This document shows positions 26,947 to 41,900 of a stretch of 64,000 nt of DNA, in pieces. Source of the stretch: Camelus ferus (taxonomy: Eukaryota); NCBI RefSeq assembly GCF_009834535.1, contig NC_045697.1, positions 107,200,001-107,264,000 of the forward strand. Direction: 5' to 3'. Numbering within the stretch: the stretch's first letter is position 1; each line of letters begins with the position of its first letter. The notes under the pieces were generated by a model. It saw only the letters and a list, made by a program, of their open reading frames with translations. It was not told where the DNA came from and did no database searches. Made by a program: the position numbers and the translations under genes.

Positions 26947-29900
26947 GTCCCTAGCTCTGTCCACTGAGAGGACCTGGGAGCAGCAATACCCTAACACCCA
27001 ATGTCCAAATCTTGGCTTCTAAATACTATTCTCCACTAAAAGAAAGAAATAGCTGATTCAAGATCTGTGAAAGAAAAGTACAAAATGAGCTTAACACATC
27101 TAGTTTTGTTGTTTAGAAAGCAAGGAAATGTCCAAGGAATAATAAGATAATCTCACAATGGCACAGAAACCAGCTTAAAGGGACTCTCAACTGACCAAAA
27201 TGAGGACAATTTGAGCATCAAAATAAATAACAATAGTAACTGATTATAAAATCGTCAATAAAATAGGAAGCTATGAGGTCATATTGATATGATACATTAA
27301 GAATCTGAGCAACAGGATATTCAAATAATTTTCAGGTTCCTCTCCACAAAATACTTATTAATTACAAAAGGGAAAAAATAACTTTATAATATAGAAAACC
27401 GGCAGTTACACTTTAATCAAGTGATGAAAGTGGTCACCAACAGCACTGTAAGTCAGAACTGTGCACCATGAGATCCGATTATTTCCTTTTCTGTCTGTTC
27501 CATCATATTCCTACCAAAGAAATACAATCTGTCTCTAATCATGAGGAAATATCAGACCAACTCAAATTCAGGGATATTCATTTGAGCTGTTTCCAATTTT
27601 TTTTTTTACCATAAAAGACAATGTTTCATATGTGCTTACATAAATTGATAGGCACTCCTTTATATTTTTGAAGTAACTTCCCAGAAGTCAATAAACGCAT
27701 CCTTTATGTGTGGACACATATTGCTAAACTGCCCTGAAGAAAGAATAAACAATTTACACTTCTTTGATTACTAGTAAAATTCAATGTACTTTCCCAATTT
27801 ACTGAAAACAAAATAGGAAATGTAAATGACTGTTCTGAACTTTTAAGTATTTTTATTAGAATCTTTTTATTTGTAATTATTTGTTACATATAACTAGCGA
27901 AATTTAGCTTTTATCATTCATTACAAATTCTTGCCAATTCTGTGATGACTTTTTACCATACAGAATTCTATAATCTTCCCTTTAAACCACCTGTACTAAC
28001 ATGATACAGAAAATAGGAATATCACCAAATTTTTAACAGGTTTTTAGGTCATTTTAATTCAAAAATGTAAAGCACCCAAGATAAAGTAGATTCCCCAATG
28101 TTACTTTCCCATATTTCTGCAAGGCACTAGAAAAAAGGTCTAGAGCTCTTCTGAGTGATTCTACTATATACTCATGATTCATTCTATCCATTTTTAGGAT
28201 ATATATTACTTACCTATTAAATTCCCACCCATAATAAATACAAAAGTTTCTCCACTCATCTCAGCCTGACACCTATTCTCTTCCTGCTTTCAAAAAGAAA
28301 TGCCAGGTCATCCAAGACCAGAGCCTTTCTCTTCCACATCTAAAGGCAATCCTGCTAACCTCTCAAGCTATCTCAACCATCAAAATCTTACATAATTTCC
28401 ATTACCAACTTTCTTTCTGGAAAAGGTGTTCTACACTGGCAGAAAACACTTCCTCACTGGCCACCCACAACCAGCCATTTTCAAATCGAATTCTTATTCT
28501 ATCAATATTAATATTACACTAGTTTCCTTGATAACAACTACCCTTAAGGGGTTTAGGATTGAAATGTTTGGGGAAGCAGTAAGGGCTGTGCCACTTATCA
28601 GCTGTGTGATGGGCAAAGTTACCTAAGTTCTCTGTGCCTTATTTTCCACATCTATAAAATTAATACCCATATCTATACTTGACAGAATTATTTTGAGGAT
28701 GAACAGAGACTGGACCATAGTAAATGGACAGTGAATGACAGCCTCCTTCCTTACCCTTTTATGACCATGACTGCGTTCAAAATATTTAACATTTTCATGT
28801 TTCCCTTTAGAATGTAGTTCAGGCTGAAAACACAAATTCTTCAACAATTATTCAAGTGGCATTAACTATAGGCAACTAAAATGAGACAAAGCTTTTAAAG
28901 TACCTTTTTAAAAACTCACCACAAAAACTTAGAAAGAAACAAAAGGAAAATTCTGTTGTGCACTCTAGAAAATGTAGAGCAAAGAATCAATACCAAACTT
29001 AACTGTTATAAAAAGTGGATTTCCAACACTTTCTTTATCAGATTGGTATAAAATAAAGCATAACCATAAACATATGGTAAATCTACCCACTGTCCTTTAC
29101 AGCCTGTCATTGCCTCACATCACTCCCACAATTCTCCTCAGGCTCATTTCCATTATATCTGGTCACGTCATTCAACTTACTCTTCCAACTGGAGCAAAGT
29201 TTACTCTGGGTATAGATAAACAAAGCCAGGCTCTAATCAGGGGTTCTGTAGATTTAACTGATTAAGAAACAGCAAAGATCTGGGACAACTTGACCTTCCC
29301 TGAAATATGCTTGATCTTTAGGCAGAATCTGATCAACAGCCAACAGTTCTGATTACAGGTCTTAGCCAAACAGAAGGATCTGGAAATCTGGACTACTTGA
29401 TCCCCCACAGGCTTGGTTCCTTTGCAGGGAGGGCACTGCAGCAATCTTCCACAATTAACCTCTGGATAATTACCGAGCCTACCTCTCAGAGCAAGCACAT
29501 TCCCACAACAAGACGAACTTACCCCCAGTGAACCTCTCTTCCACAAAACACTTCCTTCCGCTTCCCCTGGTAACTAGAGCTCACTTTTCTTTTTACTGGG
29601 ATTCTTGTTTACTGCGAACCTTCCTCCCAGCCTCATCATACTGCTCAAGCAAGAACTGACTACATAAAAACTCTAACAAACTGAATGGAATCCATCCTAA
29701 TGCATAAGATAAAATTAATCTTAAAATTTTTTAATTAAAAATGAAGTTAAGGCACACATTTTTCCATACTGACAATTTTTAAAAGTATATCTATCAACTC
29801 CTATTGCATCATCAAAAGATTTCCATTTTTCACAAGAAAATTTCAAAGTAGAAGGCAAAACAGGGTGAATTTGAATTTTTTTTTTTCATTCTTCAGTATC

Positions 29901-32900
29901 TGGCATTCCTGACAGCTCCAATCCTTCTAATCCTCCACAACACTCAATGAAGTACTTTGGAGATCCAACAGCTTTATTACATTCAGTTAATGACACCTGT
30001 AATTTTCTAAATTCTCCACAGCAATATGAGCATTGAACCATGGTTGGCAACTGACTTCTATTACCAACTGATTAATGAAATATTTCTGAGCTTTATTTTT
30101 TTGGTGGTAGTTTTTAAAGACCATCCTGATTTAGAGTATATCAGACATTTTCTCTCAAATGACTAATTAGTAGTTTTTCCTAACCTCTTCTGAACTGGAT
30201 GAAAAGGAACACATAAGGTCCCATCTATTTAAAAGTATAGAGAGCAGTAATAAACCTCAAGAATATGTTTGTATGAGGCTTTGGACATTAAAAACTAAAT
30301 TAGCTTTTACTGAACTACTTTAATTTTAATGACCTGAAATAGATACCAAAAATTTTAAAGAGTAGGAGCACTGTTTGCTCTAAACAAAACAATAACAAAA
30401 ATGATTTCCTGACAATACCCCGTAAGTAATGCAGATTTTCAAACCTAAAGGAGACTATAGCAGAAAGGGATTTGTATAAAGTGGTCTCTTTAAGTCATAA
30501 AACACACTTCACCAACAAACATAAGTGAATCAACTATCAACGGATTTAAGAGGGGAAAAAAAAAATCACATGAAAAAATAAACTAAATGTATCAGTAATT
30601 TCATCCTAGGTTATTCTTCATTCGTACCAGTCAGAAAAATGTAACTTCCAAATACATCTTGCATTTTTTTCAGCTAAGATTAAAAATCATAAATCTATGA
30701 CAAATTTGTTTTTGATTAATTTAACATTAAATATTTTCAACAAGTGATCACACATACGTAAATTCAAAAGCAACCTTCAACATGTGGACTGATACTGACT
30801 TATCTTCTCCTTATCCTTGCACTGATAGACTGGCTCCTTCAAACTGACAGTTTCCCAGACATTTAAAAGAACATAAAGGAAAATCTAAACAGATCATTCA
30901 TCTAGCATCTATCCAGGGAATAGTCAATTGCTTATTCAAGGTCCCTAGGGGTCTAAATAAATAATGCCCTTTGCAATAAAGTATCATTAAAACAAACTGC
31001 CAATATTTAATCCCTAAACACTGTATTTTTAATTGCCCTCTCTCTCCCTCCCCATCCATTCCGGACCAGTTCAGGGGGACAATCTATATGCCCAGTTAAA
31101 ACTCTTTATTGAATAAAAGAAACTTTCATTGAATAAGTAAAGATAAGACTCTTGGGTCAAATATACGAAGTAAAGAATCAAATATTTTTCTTCAACATTA
31201 AAAATGAACATACTAATTTATAATAAACATGGCTCTGATAAACAGAAGAGAGCCTGATATAGTAGAAGTTATTATAATTATTAATTTTGAAGATTAGCAA
31301 ACACCCAGTACATAAATTACTTAAGAACAGTCTATTTAGTTCCTCCACTGGGTTAGCTTCAATTTTATTTTAATCATTTATGCTTTGCAACCATACATAT
31401 TTGAGGAAAACCACAGCATATTAGAAAAAAAAATTAACAGCATTTTAACACATATTGTTCTCTGGCCATTTAAACCTTTGCTGATGAGTAACTTTAAAAT
31501 GTAAATATTTTGATATATTTACTAAAAACTCTTTATCTCTTAGTTTTCTTTATAAATGTACAAATACAAATGATATACCTTGTTCTCTGATAAATCTTTT
31601 ACAACTTATGAAAAAAATTGCCATTATTATTAGATTATACTATTTGCTAATAAAATGCTAAGAAACTAAGAAACCTTATTCAAACTAAAATCTGAAATTT
31701 GTATGTAGTCAAAATTTGAATACTGACTATAGTTTTAATAATGTACACAGTTTTAAAATGTATTTACAAATCCTTAATTTTTTCACAAAATTATAAAATT
31801 ATTTGAGTGGTTATGTTTTGACAAAAGAACCTTTGGCCTCATACAAAGCTGACAAGCTCTAACTCTGTTTTTGGGATCCAGTCCCAGTTTCTCCTTAATT
31901 GTGCCATATGTAAAATTTAGAAATCCCATTTCAATATCTAAATTTCCAAATAGTTGACTTTTCTGCTACAAAACTTATATTTTATGTTTTCAATTCACAT
32001 GGTTTCTTCCAAAGAAATTCTCATTTTTACTAATGTATATGTTCTATCAAGCATATTTTTTATTAACCGATAATCTATTACTGAATTTAAGCAGCTCATT
32101 TTTTGTCGCTGACTCACTATAAAATTCAGAACTGAAGTCATCCCAAGGCACAAAGGTTTATGTTCCACAGGGAAAGATATTAACTGTACTTTCATATAAA
32201 GAAAATACGTAAGACCAAACCAAGACTAATACTAATAACCAAGCTTACCCAGATCTGCAAGAATAAATCGCCCAGCTCAGCATGTAATTACAATAACAAT
32301 CAATTCAACCACAAATCACTTTTCCCAAATCCTGCTTGAACCCAAAGAAGGAAAATAATCTTGCAATATACTGTAAAGAGTGTATTTTTTTTTTAATGGC
32401 AAATAACTTAAATCAAGAGATCTACCAAAAAGAATACAAAAATCTATCAGTTGAAAATACTGATGTTGGAGAGATAACTCTTTATTTGTGGGATTTGGAT
32501 TGCAAGTGAAAAGAGAACAGAATACAAGGGCAAGTATGGTAGGCAAAAATATGAAAAGTGGGCTGTGGGAAAGCAAGAAATAAAATGACTGAAAATACTC
32601 AATTAGGTTAGATTTCTTATCAAGGCAGTAATGTCCATGGCAGCAATCAATGGAACAGACTAGAAGTGATAAACTAAAATGGAGACACCATATAACAGTG
32701 ACAACAAGAGTGTAATGACAGGAAGAGGAAAGGGTCAGGTACGAAAATCAAAACGAAGGACAAAAAGAAAGATCATCATCACAAAGATGACTTAGAATGA
32801 CTTTAAAAAGGAATAAATTATTTTTTTTTAAATAAAGGGGACCAGAGAGGGAAAAGAAAGAACTAAAAATTCTAGCCCAAAATGGAAAAACCTGGAAACT

Positions 32901-35900
32901 ATTTGAGAAACACTACCACCACAAATTATACAAAGTTTAAATAATAGGGGGCAAAGGTACATTATGGGCTAGATACAGGTTTTGTGGGGTTTTACCAATA
33001 AACACAATGGTCTTCAAGACAGCAAATTATTCTGTAATTCTGCATATGGTTCTTCAAGGAGAGTATTTTATAATAGATTTACCAGAACATATACAATGGC
33101 TTCAGAGAGAAATTTATTATATACTTTTATATCAACTATTGCCCATGTATCAGCTTTGTTTCTTATCTCTTCTGATACATGAATTTTGAAAAATATATTA
33201 AAAAGCAATCAGAGGGTCCTATTTGCTTTGTCCCATAAAATGAGATTAAAGGGCAATGTATTCAAAATAAGAGATAATATTTTACTCAGTGTACTGTGAA
33301 CCTCTGAATTTACTACATATGCTCTGGGAACTTATCAGGAATTCACTATTTCTGAATTAAAAAGAAGGCATACAGCTTCATAGATATTAGTAAATTCTGC
33401 CTTTTTCCCAAAAGAGGCCAGCCTAGAAAAATCATAGTTGATTTTTTTAAGAGCTTTGGATGGGATGGAAGAACTGAAATTTGCATAACCAGCCCAAAAT
33501 AGATTACCAGATTGTTTCTTCTCCAAAGTTAAAAAAAAAAAAAAAAAAAAAAGCATCAGAGTATAATGGAACAATAAGGAAGAAAGAAAACCTGCTAGAG
33601 TTCTACACTTTAATTTTTCTTTATATTTTCTAAGACAAGGATAAAAAAAAAATCTAACAAATATACCATACTATTGCAAGATGTTAATAACAAAGGAATG
33701 CAGAGAGGGTGAGATTTAGGGGGTAGATAGGAACTGTCTACTTTCCATTCAAACTTTCTATAACCTAAAACTGACCTAAAAAATAAGGTCTATTAATTTT
33801 AAAAAATGCTTTAATAAAACAAAAAGAGCAGAGCAGCACAAAACTCTGTCTACTACCACTGCAGCTTTTGGTTTCCCTGTGGAAATTTTTCGTCAATTAT
33901 TTTTTCCTAAGTATAAAAATAATACAGAACTATTGGTAAGTTTTTGAAAAATATGCTAAAATTTAAGTTTGAAAATAAAATTTCCAGTAATTCAACCAGA
34001 CAGAAATAATCAAGTAACTTCACAGTACATTTTTTTGCTTTTTCATGTAATAAAAGTATATACATAGTTCACATAGTTATGTAAAACACTTCATATAATT
34101 TTTTTTACTTAACTTGCTGTGAGCATTTTCTCTTATTTAACACTAAGAAATGTGTAGAGAATTAATCATACCTACAACTTTAAAAAATATTTTTGCTAAC
34201 ACAAAATAGTTACAGTGAAAGAAAAAAATGAGAAAGACAAAATAAACAATTACGGTCTTCGTTTCTGGAACACATGATATATAGTACACAGAAAGGAAAA
34301 ATTTAATGTCCCTTACAACTGGCTAGAAGAAACACCAAGTGAGAAGCAGAACTCTCTGAGATTAGTTTAGCAAATAAAAGTAGAACAACAGACAGCAGGC
34401 ATGAGATGATCCAAAAGATGAAGGAAAAACATTATACCTGGCTTTAATACAAGCCACCTAGTCATTCCTTCAAAATTTTTTTATTTTTCATTAATCTCAT
34501 TCTAGTGTAACAAGAATCAATGACTCTTTTGTGGGGTTATTTTTTTTTTCAGTTGTTAATTTTTTTTAACAAAATACCACAACACTTAGAAAAATACTAC
34601 TTATATAAAATAATATCCCCTTTGCCCTAACTTGGTCATTTTAATATCACACAGTCTTCAAGCTTACCTGGTATATCACTAAGCTTCCAGTCAACATTTA
34701 GGGATTTAGGATCTTGTATCCACACACACACACCCAAATACTTTTGTACTTGGAAGGAATATACAAAGAGGGATGAGCAAAAATCAAATTGCAGTAAGAG
34801 TTACTGAACTACTATGACTAATGCTAGAATGATGACAGATTTCAGGGCAGCATCCCCCTACCACGTCTCTAATTCAGAAAACCACGCAAGAGAAACCAAA
34901 GTGCTGGATATTATATGAACATCTGGTAACTGATAACCAGATTAAAAGACCAAATGTCACCAAAACTTTCACATATAAATCACTGTTTATACATGTCTTC
35001 GCAAGTGCAGGGAAAGGAAAAAAAGTATTAAGTATTTTAATAAATCTATCATTCATTCATGCATTCATCCACCCAACCAGCAGCAACCAATTACACACTA
35101 CTACCTTCAAGTGGAGAAAATACTGAAATCCTTGATTTACTTCATCTGATATTACTCAAATTTATTCAGAAAATTATTGAACAATCAACAGTATAGTACA
35201 AAAGCATAATGATTTATAATATCCCTAAAAAAAATTTAACTTTATCAAAAATCCTAAGCTTTGCTAAAATGGGATCTAAAAACTTTTTTTGTTAGAACCA
35301 CTGTTGAAACTCACCAGGTGATTCTCCTCCCACATCTGAGGCTTGGGCTGAATCTACTGAAGACACCACACTAACAGCATTGGTAGGTATACTTGTAGAA
35401 AGTGTGGAAGGTAAGGCTGACGATTTTTTTGTTGCAATGATGACACTTCTGTAATAAAGAAAGTAAACAGACTTTAAAATACAGATCACTCAAGTTAATC
35501 ACATGAATTTCCGATCAGAAATAGGGAACTAACTTCTCTAATTTTCTTTCTTACCGCCATTTCGATGTACAATTTAGAATATACTCTCGATAAGAAATCT
35601 GTTCAATAAAAAGAAAACCAAGAAATCTCTTCAACAGTGTTCTCATTTATTTCTTTGTTTTTTAAGAATTGGGACAATGTTCTATGGAAATACCGTTTTA
35701 ACATTTAAACCTGTATTCACTATATTCTTTAAATTTAGGATCATCTTTAATTTTCCAACTTAAGATATAACCAAAGGTATAAATAAAAAATGTTGGCACC
35801 TAAGTGGAAAAGAAATTAACTTTTTTAACTTCAGAAGTGAAGCAGAAAATTCAACATGTTTCTATAAGGATTTTAAAGCACTGCTAATTTGAAATGATAA

Positions 35901-38900
35901 AACCTTAGAAATCAGATATGAATATTTTTTAACATGTATACAACTCATTTTACTTTTTAACCCTAAAAGACTGTCTTTTGACAACATTACATAGAGAAAA
36001 CAACACATAGGCATAAAAGCTAGATATAAAAATATCAAATAATCAAATCTGTTCATCTTGGGAATTATTCAAATACAAGTATTTATGATATACCAATTTC
36101 AATTAAAGTGTAATACTTTATACCAAAATAGTAACTAAAAGACCTTATTAGGCATAACTTAAAAGGCATTTTTAATTGAAGTTAGCTCCATAAACATGCA
36201 AAAATCCAGTTAATGAGGTAAAGAGGACAGCTGATATATAATGCATTCCCACAGCAGTGCTTACTTTTAATTACCTGATGTTAACCATAAGCCCAAAGTC
36301 TTCAACATTCAATTTACTTAATCACATCTTTTGTTGACAATATTGTAACTGCAAGCTTCAAGTATTCCCTTAATAGCTTTAAAGAATTCAGTTTCTAAAT
36401 AAACTTCTTAGATACTTGATCCCAATAACTGTATTCAAAAGTGGAAATAATGTAATTCCAGTACTTTAAAAATATATTTTGTTTTTGATGTTACATCAGA
36501 AAGAGACAATACAAAGTGAAATAGGTTCCGTTTTACTCCAGTGCCTATCATGTGACAGCAAACACTGTTGCCAATTAAATCAAGTTGTCTCGTGCTAGGC
36601 ATGGCTTATTCAATGTATTTGGGGATAGCTGGTGTCGCTTCATTATAAGGGTGACTGCCAATGTTAACTATACACTAAAAAATAGAAGCAACAGCCACCT
36701 GAGCCCTCAATCCAAAATGGTGTGCTTAAATCATGGTAGCTTATATCAGATGAAGATTATTAACTTTAGGGGAAGTAGATATGACCCCTGTGTGTGTGTG
36801 TGTGTCCACGTGGGCTGGTGGTACATTCAGAAAACTGAACTGTTTTGTATTAAAAGTAATTTGTGTATTTCCTACTAGAGGCAGAAATTTACAAGCCTAT
36901 TATTTAAGAGAATCTCTAGCTACCTATTTCCTAGCAACCTATTTTTTGGGGGAGAGGGGAGAAGGAATACTTAAAAGTTTACTTTCACATTTGTTCCCAA
37001 AACAAAGAAGTAGCAAGATCTAGTTTCCGCATACAATAGATAAATACAGATAGGAGCAACAGAAAATAATATTTAGAATAGTGAAATTGGTTTTCTATAT
37101 TTGAAATTTAAGACATAAACCTACCCTATGTACCAGCAACTCCACTCTTAGAAATTTCCCTAAGACAATATATGTTGAGAAAAAATGGGTAGAATAAAAT
37201 TCAGAAAGGCTTTATTTTATACCAGCCAAAAATTGAAAACAGCCCTGAATCCTTTAAGCAGAAAAACGAATAAAAATACGGTGGTATGCTAATACAATGG
37301 AGTAATATTCAGCAATAAAAAGAAAGAAACAAGCTACTGATAAACATAACATGGATGAATCTCAAAAGCATTATGTTGACTGAAGGAAGCCTTATACAGA
37401 GCAACACAAACTTGGTATTTCTTTTTATATGAGGTTCTAGAAAGGGCAAATGTATCTGTTGTTAAAAAAACAAAAAACAAAAAACAAAGACTAGAACAAT
37501 AATTGCCTGCAGAGGGTGGAGACAGGCATTGGCTGGGAAAGAGCATGAAGGAACTTTCAAGACTGATGATATCTTGATTGGAAACTTAGGTTACACAGCT
37601 GTTTAAATCTGTCAAAACTCATCAAATGGCACACTTAAGACCTGTACCTTTCATTGTATGTACATTTTATCTTATGAGCTATATCGACCACTGTTTCGAG
37701 ATCTACATGCTGAAATGTTTAACAGTGAAGGGTTCTGACATCTGCAGCATACTTTGCAATCCAACAAAAAAATAAGACTGATGGATAGAAAGATGGATAT
37801 ATGGAGAATTGTTCAATGACACTAACAGCTAAAGGTTAATTGCAGAATCTCAGTGATGGGTCTCTGAGTGTTCACTACCGTTCTCTTAACTTCTCTGTAC
37901 GTTTAAACATTTTCATTATTTCATTTTATAAATGTTGGAAAACTAGTAACAAGAAAACAAATTTACCACAGATGTCCTATAATATAATATGCACAATCTG
38001 TATTTGCCCAAGAGGACATGGTTAATAAAAGATAACAAAAGAACTTGACCTCATTTCTATTCCTTTCAACAATGGCCATTAATAATGCTTTCAATCATGA
38101 ACAGCTATACTTTCCTTCAGTTCAGTAAATGTCTATTGTCCAAGATCTTTCACATATTCTCCTTCCTGACACATCTCATGGTTTCCTACATGAATTTACA
38201 TTTAACCAGCATTCCTTACACTTCTCAGTATGCTTTGATAGTTCTTGAGCTGAATGTGTACATCATTTCACAACTCTGATCCTTTGTTCTGCCAAGATGC
38301 CTTCCTCTTAGTCCTGCTTGCCAGCAAACTTCCTTCTCACCTTTCAAAACCTTACTCAAAGGTAAGCCTCCTCAGACTGCCAAGTCAAAGTTCATAATGC
38401 ATTATTCCTTGTAGTCCTACAGGATCTTAGTATATAAACTTATAAATTAATAGCTGCTATGATTAAGCACTGACAATATGCCAAGAATTATGACTCCATT
38501 CACAAAACAGTCCTAACATAAATATTACTTCCACTTAAAAAATGTAAAAAGTAAAAGCTCAGAAAGGTAAAGTAACTAACTTGCCAAGGTAAAGGCAAAA
38601 CTGCCCCACAATTCCAGGTTTGTCTAAATAAGAGCCTCAAATTTCAACTATTTCCTCATACTGACCTTTAAGTTTTATTATGATAAATTCACATACCATA
38701 CAATTTATTATTCATTTAAAGAGTACACTTACATGGTTTTTAGAATGTTCAAAGAGTTGAGAAACCATTGTCACAATCATATTAATATTTAAACATACTC
38801 TATATTATAGTCATTGATAAGCAATGGTACTAAAGACTTCCAAGATAAAAAATTATCTATGTCCTACTACAAACATACAAAAATGTATCTGCTCACAAAT

Positions 38901-41900
38901 GGAACAAACCATATTCCTTGGGCCAGCTATGTACTTAGTACATACTAGAGAAATAAAATAAATCAATTTCAAAATTCATTGACTGATTCAAATCATCTCT
39001 GAGGAAGTAACACAGTAATACTTCAGCTTTGGGCTACATAAAAACAAAGAAAATTCAGTCACAATGATTCACTTAAAAGGATATTAAGCAGTAGGCAGAT
39101 TTCAGGATATTTTCATGCCCTTTACCAACTGTTGTTGCTATTATTATAAAATTTCAGTGTAAAAAAACCTAAAATCTTCAACAGAGGGGGAAAATCTTTA
39201 AAGCTGTATTTATCATGTTTTACAGTATTTTTTTTTAAATGCACTGTTCTCATGCTATAGCTTAAGTGTCTACTTAAGAGACAAACTGAAATCCTTGCTA
39301 ATATTTAAGAAAGAAATCACTGAATTTTTAATATCCGCCATCCATTTTAACAAAAAGCATTTCAAATGTTTTGGCATTAAAAATTTGGAAGATAAGTATG
39401 TCTTTTAGTTAGGGAAGCTATTTTTCCAAACTTTCAATTAAAAACCAATTACTAAAGTATAAAATTGCACATATTATTATTCTTTTTATTTATACTCATC
39501 AACTTTAATGAATAATTAGTATTTGTTAGGCTCTATACTAAGGACACATATGAATTATTTATATTTTCAACAACCCATGAGGAAATTAAACTTACAACAA
39601 CCCATAAGGTAAATATTACATACTATTATGTCCATTTTACAGATGAGAAAGAAGTAATTTTCCTAGGCCTCGACAGAAAGCAAGTATAAACACTGCTGAC
39701 TTTTGTGGGGGTTTTTACCTGAACTAGGGAGTCTCTTTTTTTTTTTTTTTTTTTTTAAGATTTTTTCTTTTAACTAGTAACAACAGCAAAAAGAAACAAT
39801 GTCTTTCAGATCACTAAGGTTCAGAAGTTCCATTTCAGAAGTACTATCAGTTTGAAATATCACAAACTTTCATATAAATGCTATTTTATTTAACATGCAA
39901 ATAGTCCACTGAAAGAGAAAAGAGCATTTTAAGCCTAGTACTTCAGTCCCTAAGGATCTAGTTGAAAAGCCAGACAAGCCCTTGAACTTTATCAAGATAA
40001 ATCCCTGGCATCCACTAATCACCAGAGAGGATCTTCGAATTAGATAAGAGCAAGAATTCCGGCATGGGAATGAGCACAAACACCTTGCCATCCACAAAGG
40101 CCCACAACCTGGCAGCCTTTCAGCAAGGTTCCACTCATGTAGCTGTTACTCTAAACTTTCCAGTTATTGCTTGGAAGTTGATAATTCTTAAGATATGAGG
40201 AGAGTTGTGATTTCTGACACAGCATTCCAGAGATAAACACACGATCAGAGGGATGCTTTGAAATTCTCAAAAGGTATTCCTCTGGTCTAAAGCTGCATGA
40301 AAACCGTTTTTCAAAAGGTATCTCTTACTAAGAAAAAGAGGGGGAAAAACAGAGCAGTTTGCTTGCCATCAGACAATACATTAAATGCATACCAAACATG
40401 TAAATTCCAAATAACACCCTGAAAAATGCTATTACCAAAATCCCCCTTTGTTTTTCTATTTCAATGAACCCCTTAAAATGTATTCCCTAAGCACAGTTTC
40501 CTAAATAAGTTCACAACCTACTTACTGAAGGTATCACTAAGGTATAGACTTAATTTCTACCCTATTTAAAAAGAAAGAAATGCCAAAAATATATGAAATT
40601 TGGGGCATTTCTAAGGAAACAACTTTTGAGTGTATTAGAAAGGTATATTAAATTTAAAAATCTATACAGTAAGTTTTTCTGACTACTCAATCTAAGAGTA
40701 ATATAAATTCAAACAAATTATAAAAATTATGACCATTAAAAAACTAATCATTTACACTTTTTCTCTCCCTCACAATATAGCCATTGCAATTTGTTATATA
40801 ATTTTTGAGGCATATGTGAACATATATATATTTGTTTGAAAGACCACAAATTCCAAACAAATTGTACACTGCTTTTTTCATTTAATAATAAATCTTCAAC
40901 ATCACTTTATATCAATATATAGTATCGTGCTTTTCTCTCTTTTAATGACTGCACAGTATTTATTATATATGTATATGAAACAACACATGTAAGCAATCCT
41001 TCATAAATTAGCAACTATGTTTGCAAAGCACACCCAACAAGGTCTAGAGTCCACTGGCCGTGGCTCAAATCTTAGCTCTATCACTTACTAGCAAGAGCTT
41101 AAGCTACTTACTTCCTTTCCGTATGCCTCATTTTCTTCATCTCTAAAGTAAGACTAAAAATAGTATCCATCTATGCACCTACCTACCTACTATCTAAAAA
41201 ATGCACTTTAACAGGCCTTCACAGAGTAAAAGCTCAACAGGTATTAGCTTAACAATGAAACTCCTCTTACAGTAGAAAACATTCTATACTTGCATATATG
41301 TACTGTATAAACATCCAGAGATATAATTAGGTTTACATATGTTAAATTTTAATTAATAAAATTAACTGCCAATTTTCCCTTGAATAAACTGTACCAATAT
41401 GCCCTCTCAAAAACAGAAAAATGTTTCTTCATATCCTCACTAACACTAGGCACCATCTTTTACATCTCTACAAATTTAATCAGATGAAACAATCTTCTGG
41501 TTATTTTAGTATTTATTTCCTTCATTATTTGTGACATAGAGTATCTTTACATATCTGCATATTAGCAGTATTTCTCTTCTTATATGAACTACCTGTTCCC
41601 GTCATTTGTCAGTTTTTCTAGATTAGTCCATTTTATCCGTTTTTTAGCATTATATGTATATACTGAGAATACAACCCTTTTACCTGCAGTATGTATTCCA
41701 AATACTTAGTGTCCATATAATCACGCACACACACACCAAAGAACAGCAGCAGCTGAGGGTTTCAACAGATGTGACAGCTCGGTTTACATTTATTGATGAA
41801 TTTCTCCAAGCTAAATGCTTTACATTAGTACATCTTCAGTACATTTCACACCAGTACATACTGTTCTGCTTTTCTTTTCTGTTTAATGGCAATATGGTAT

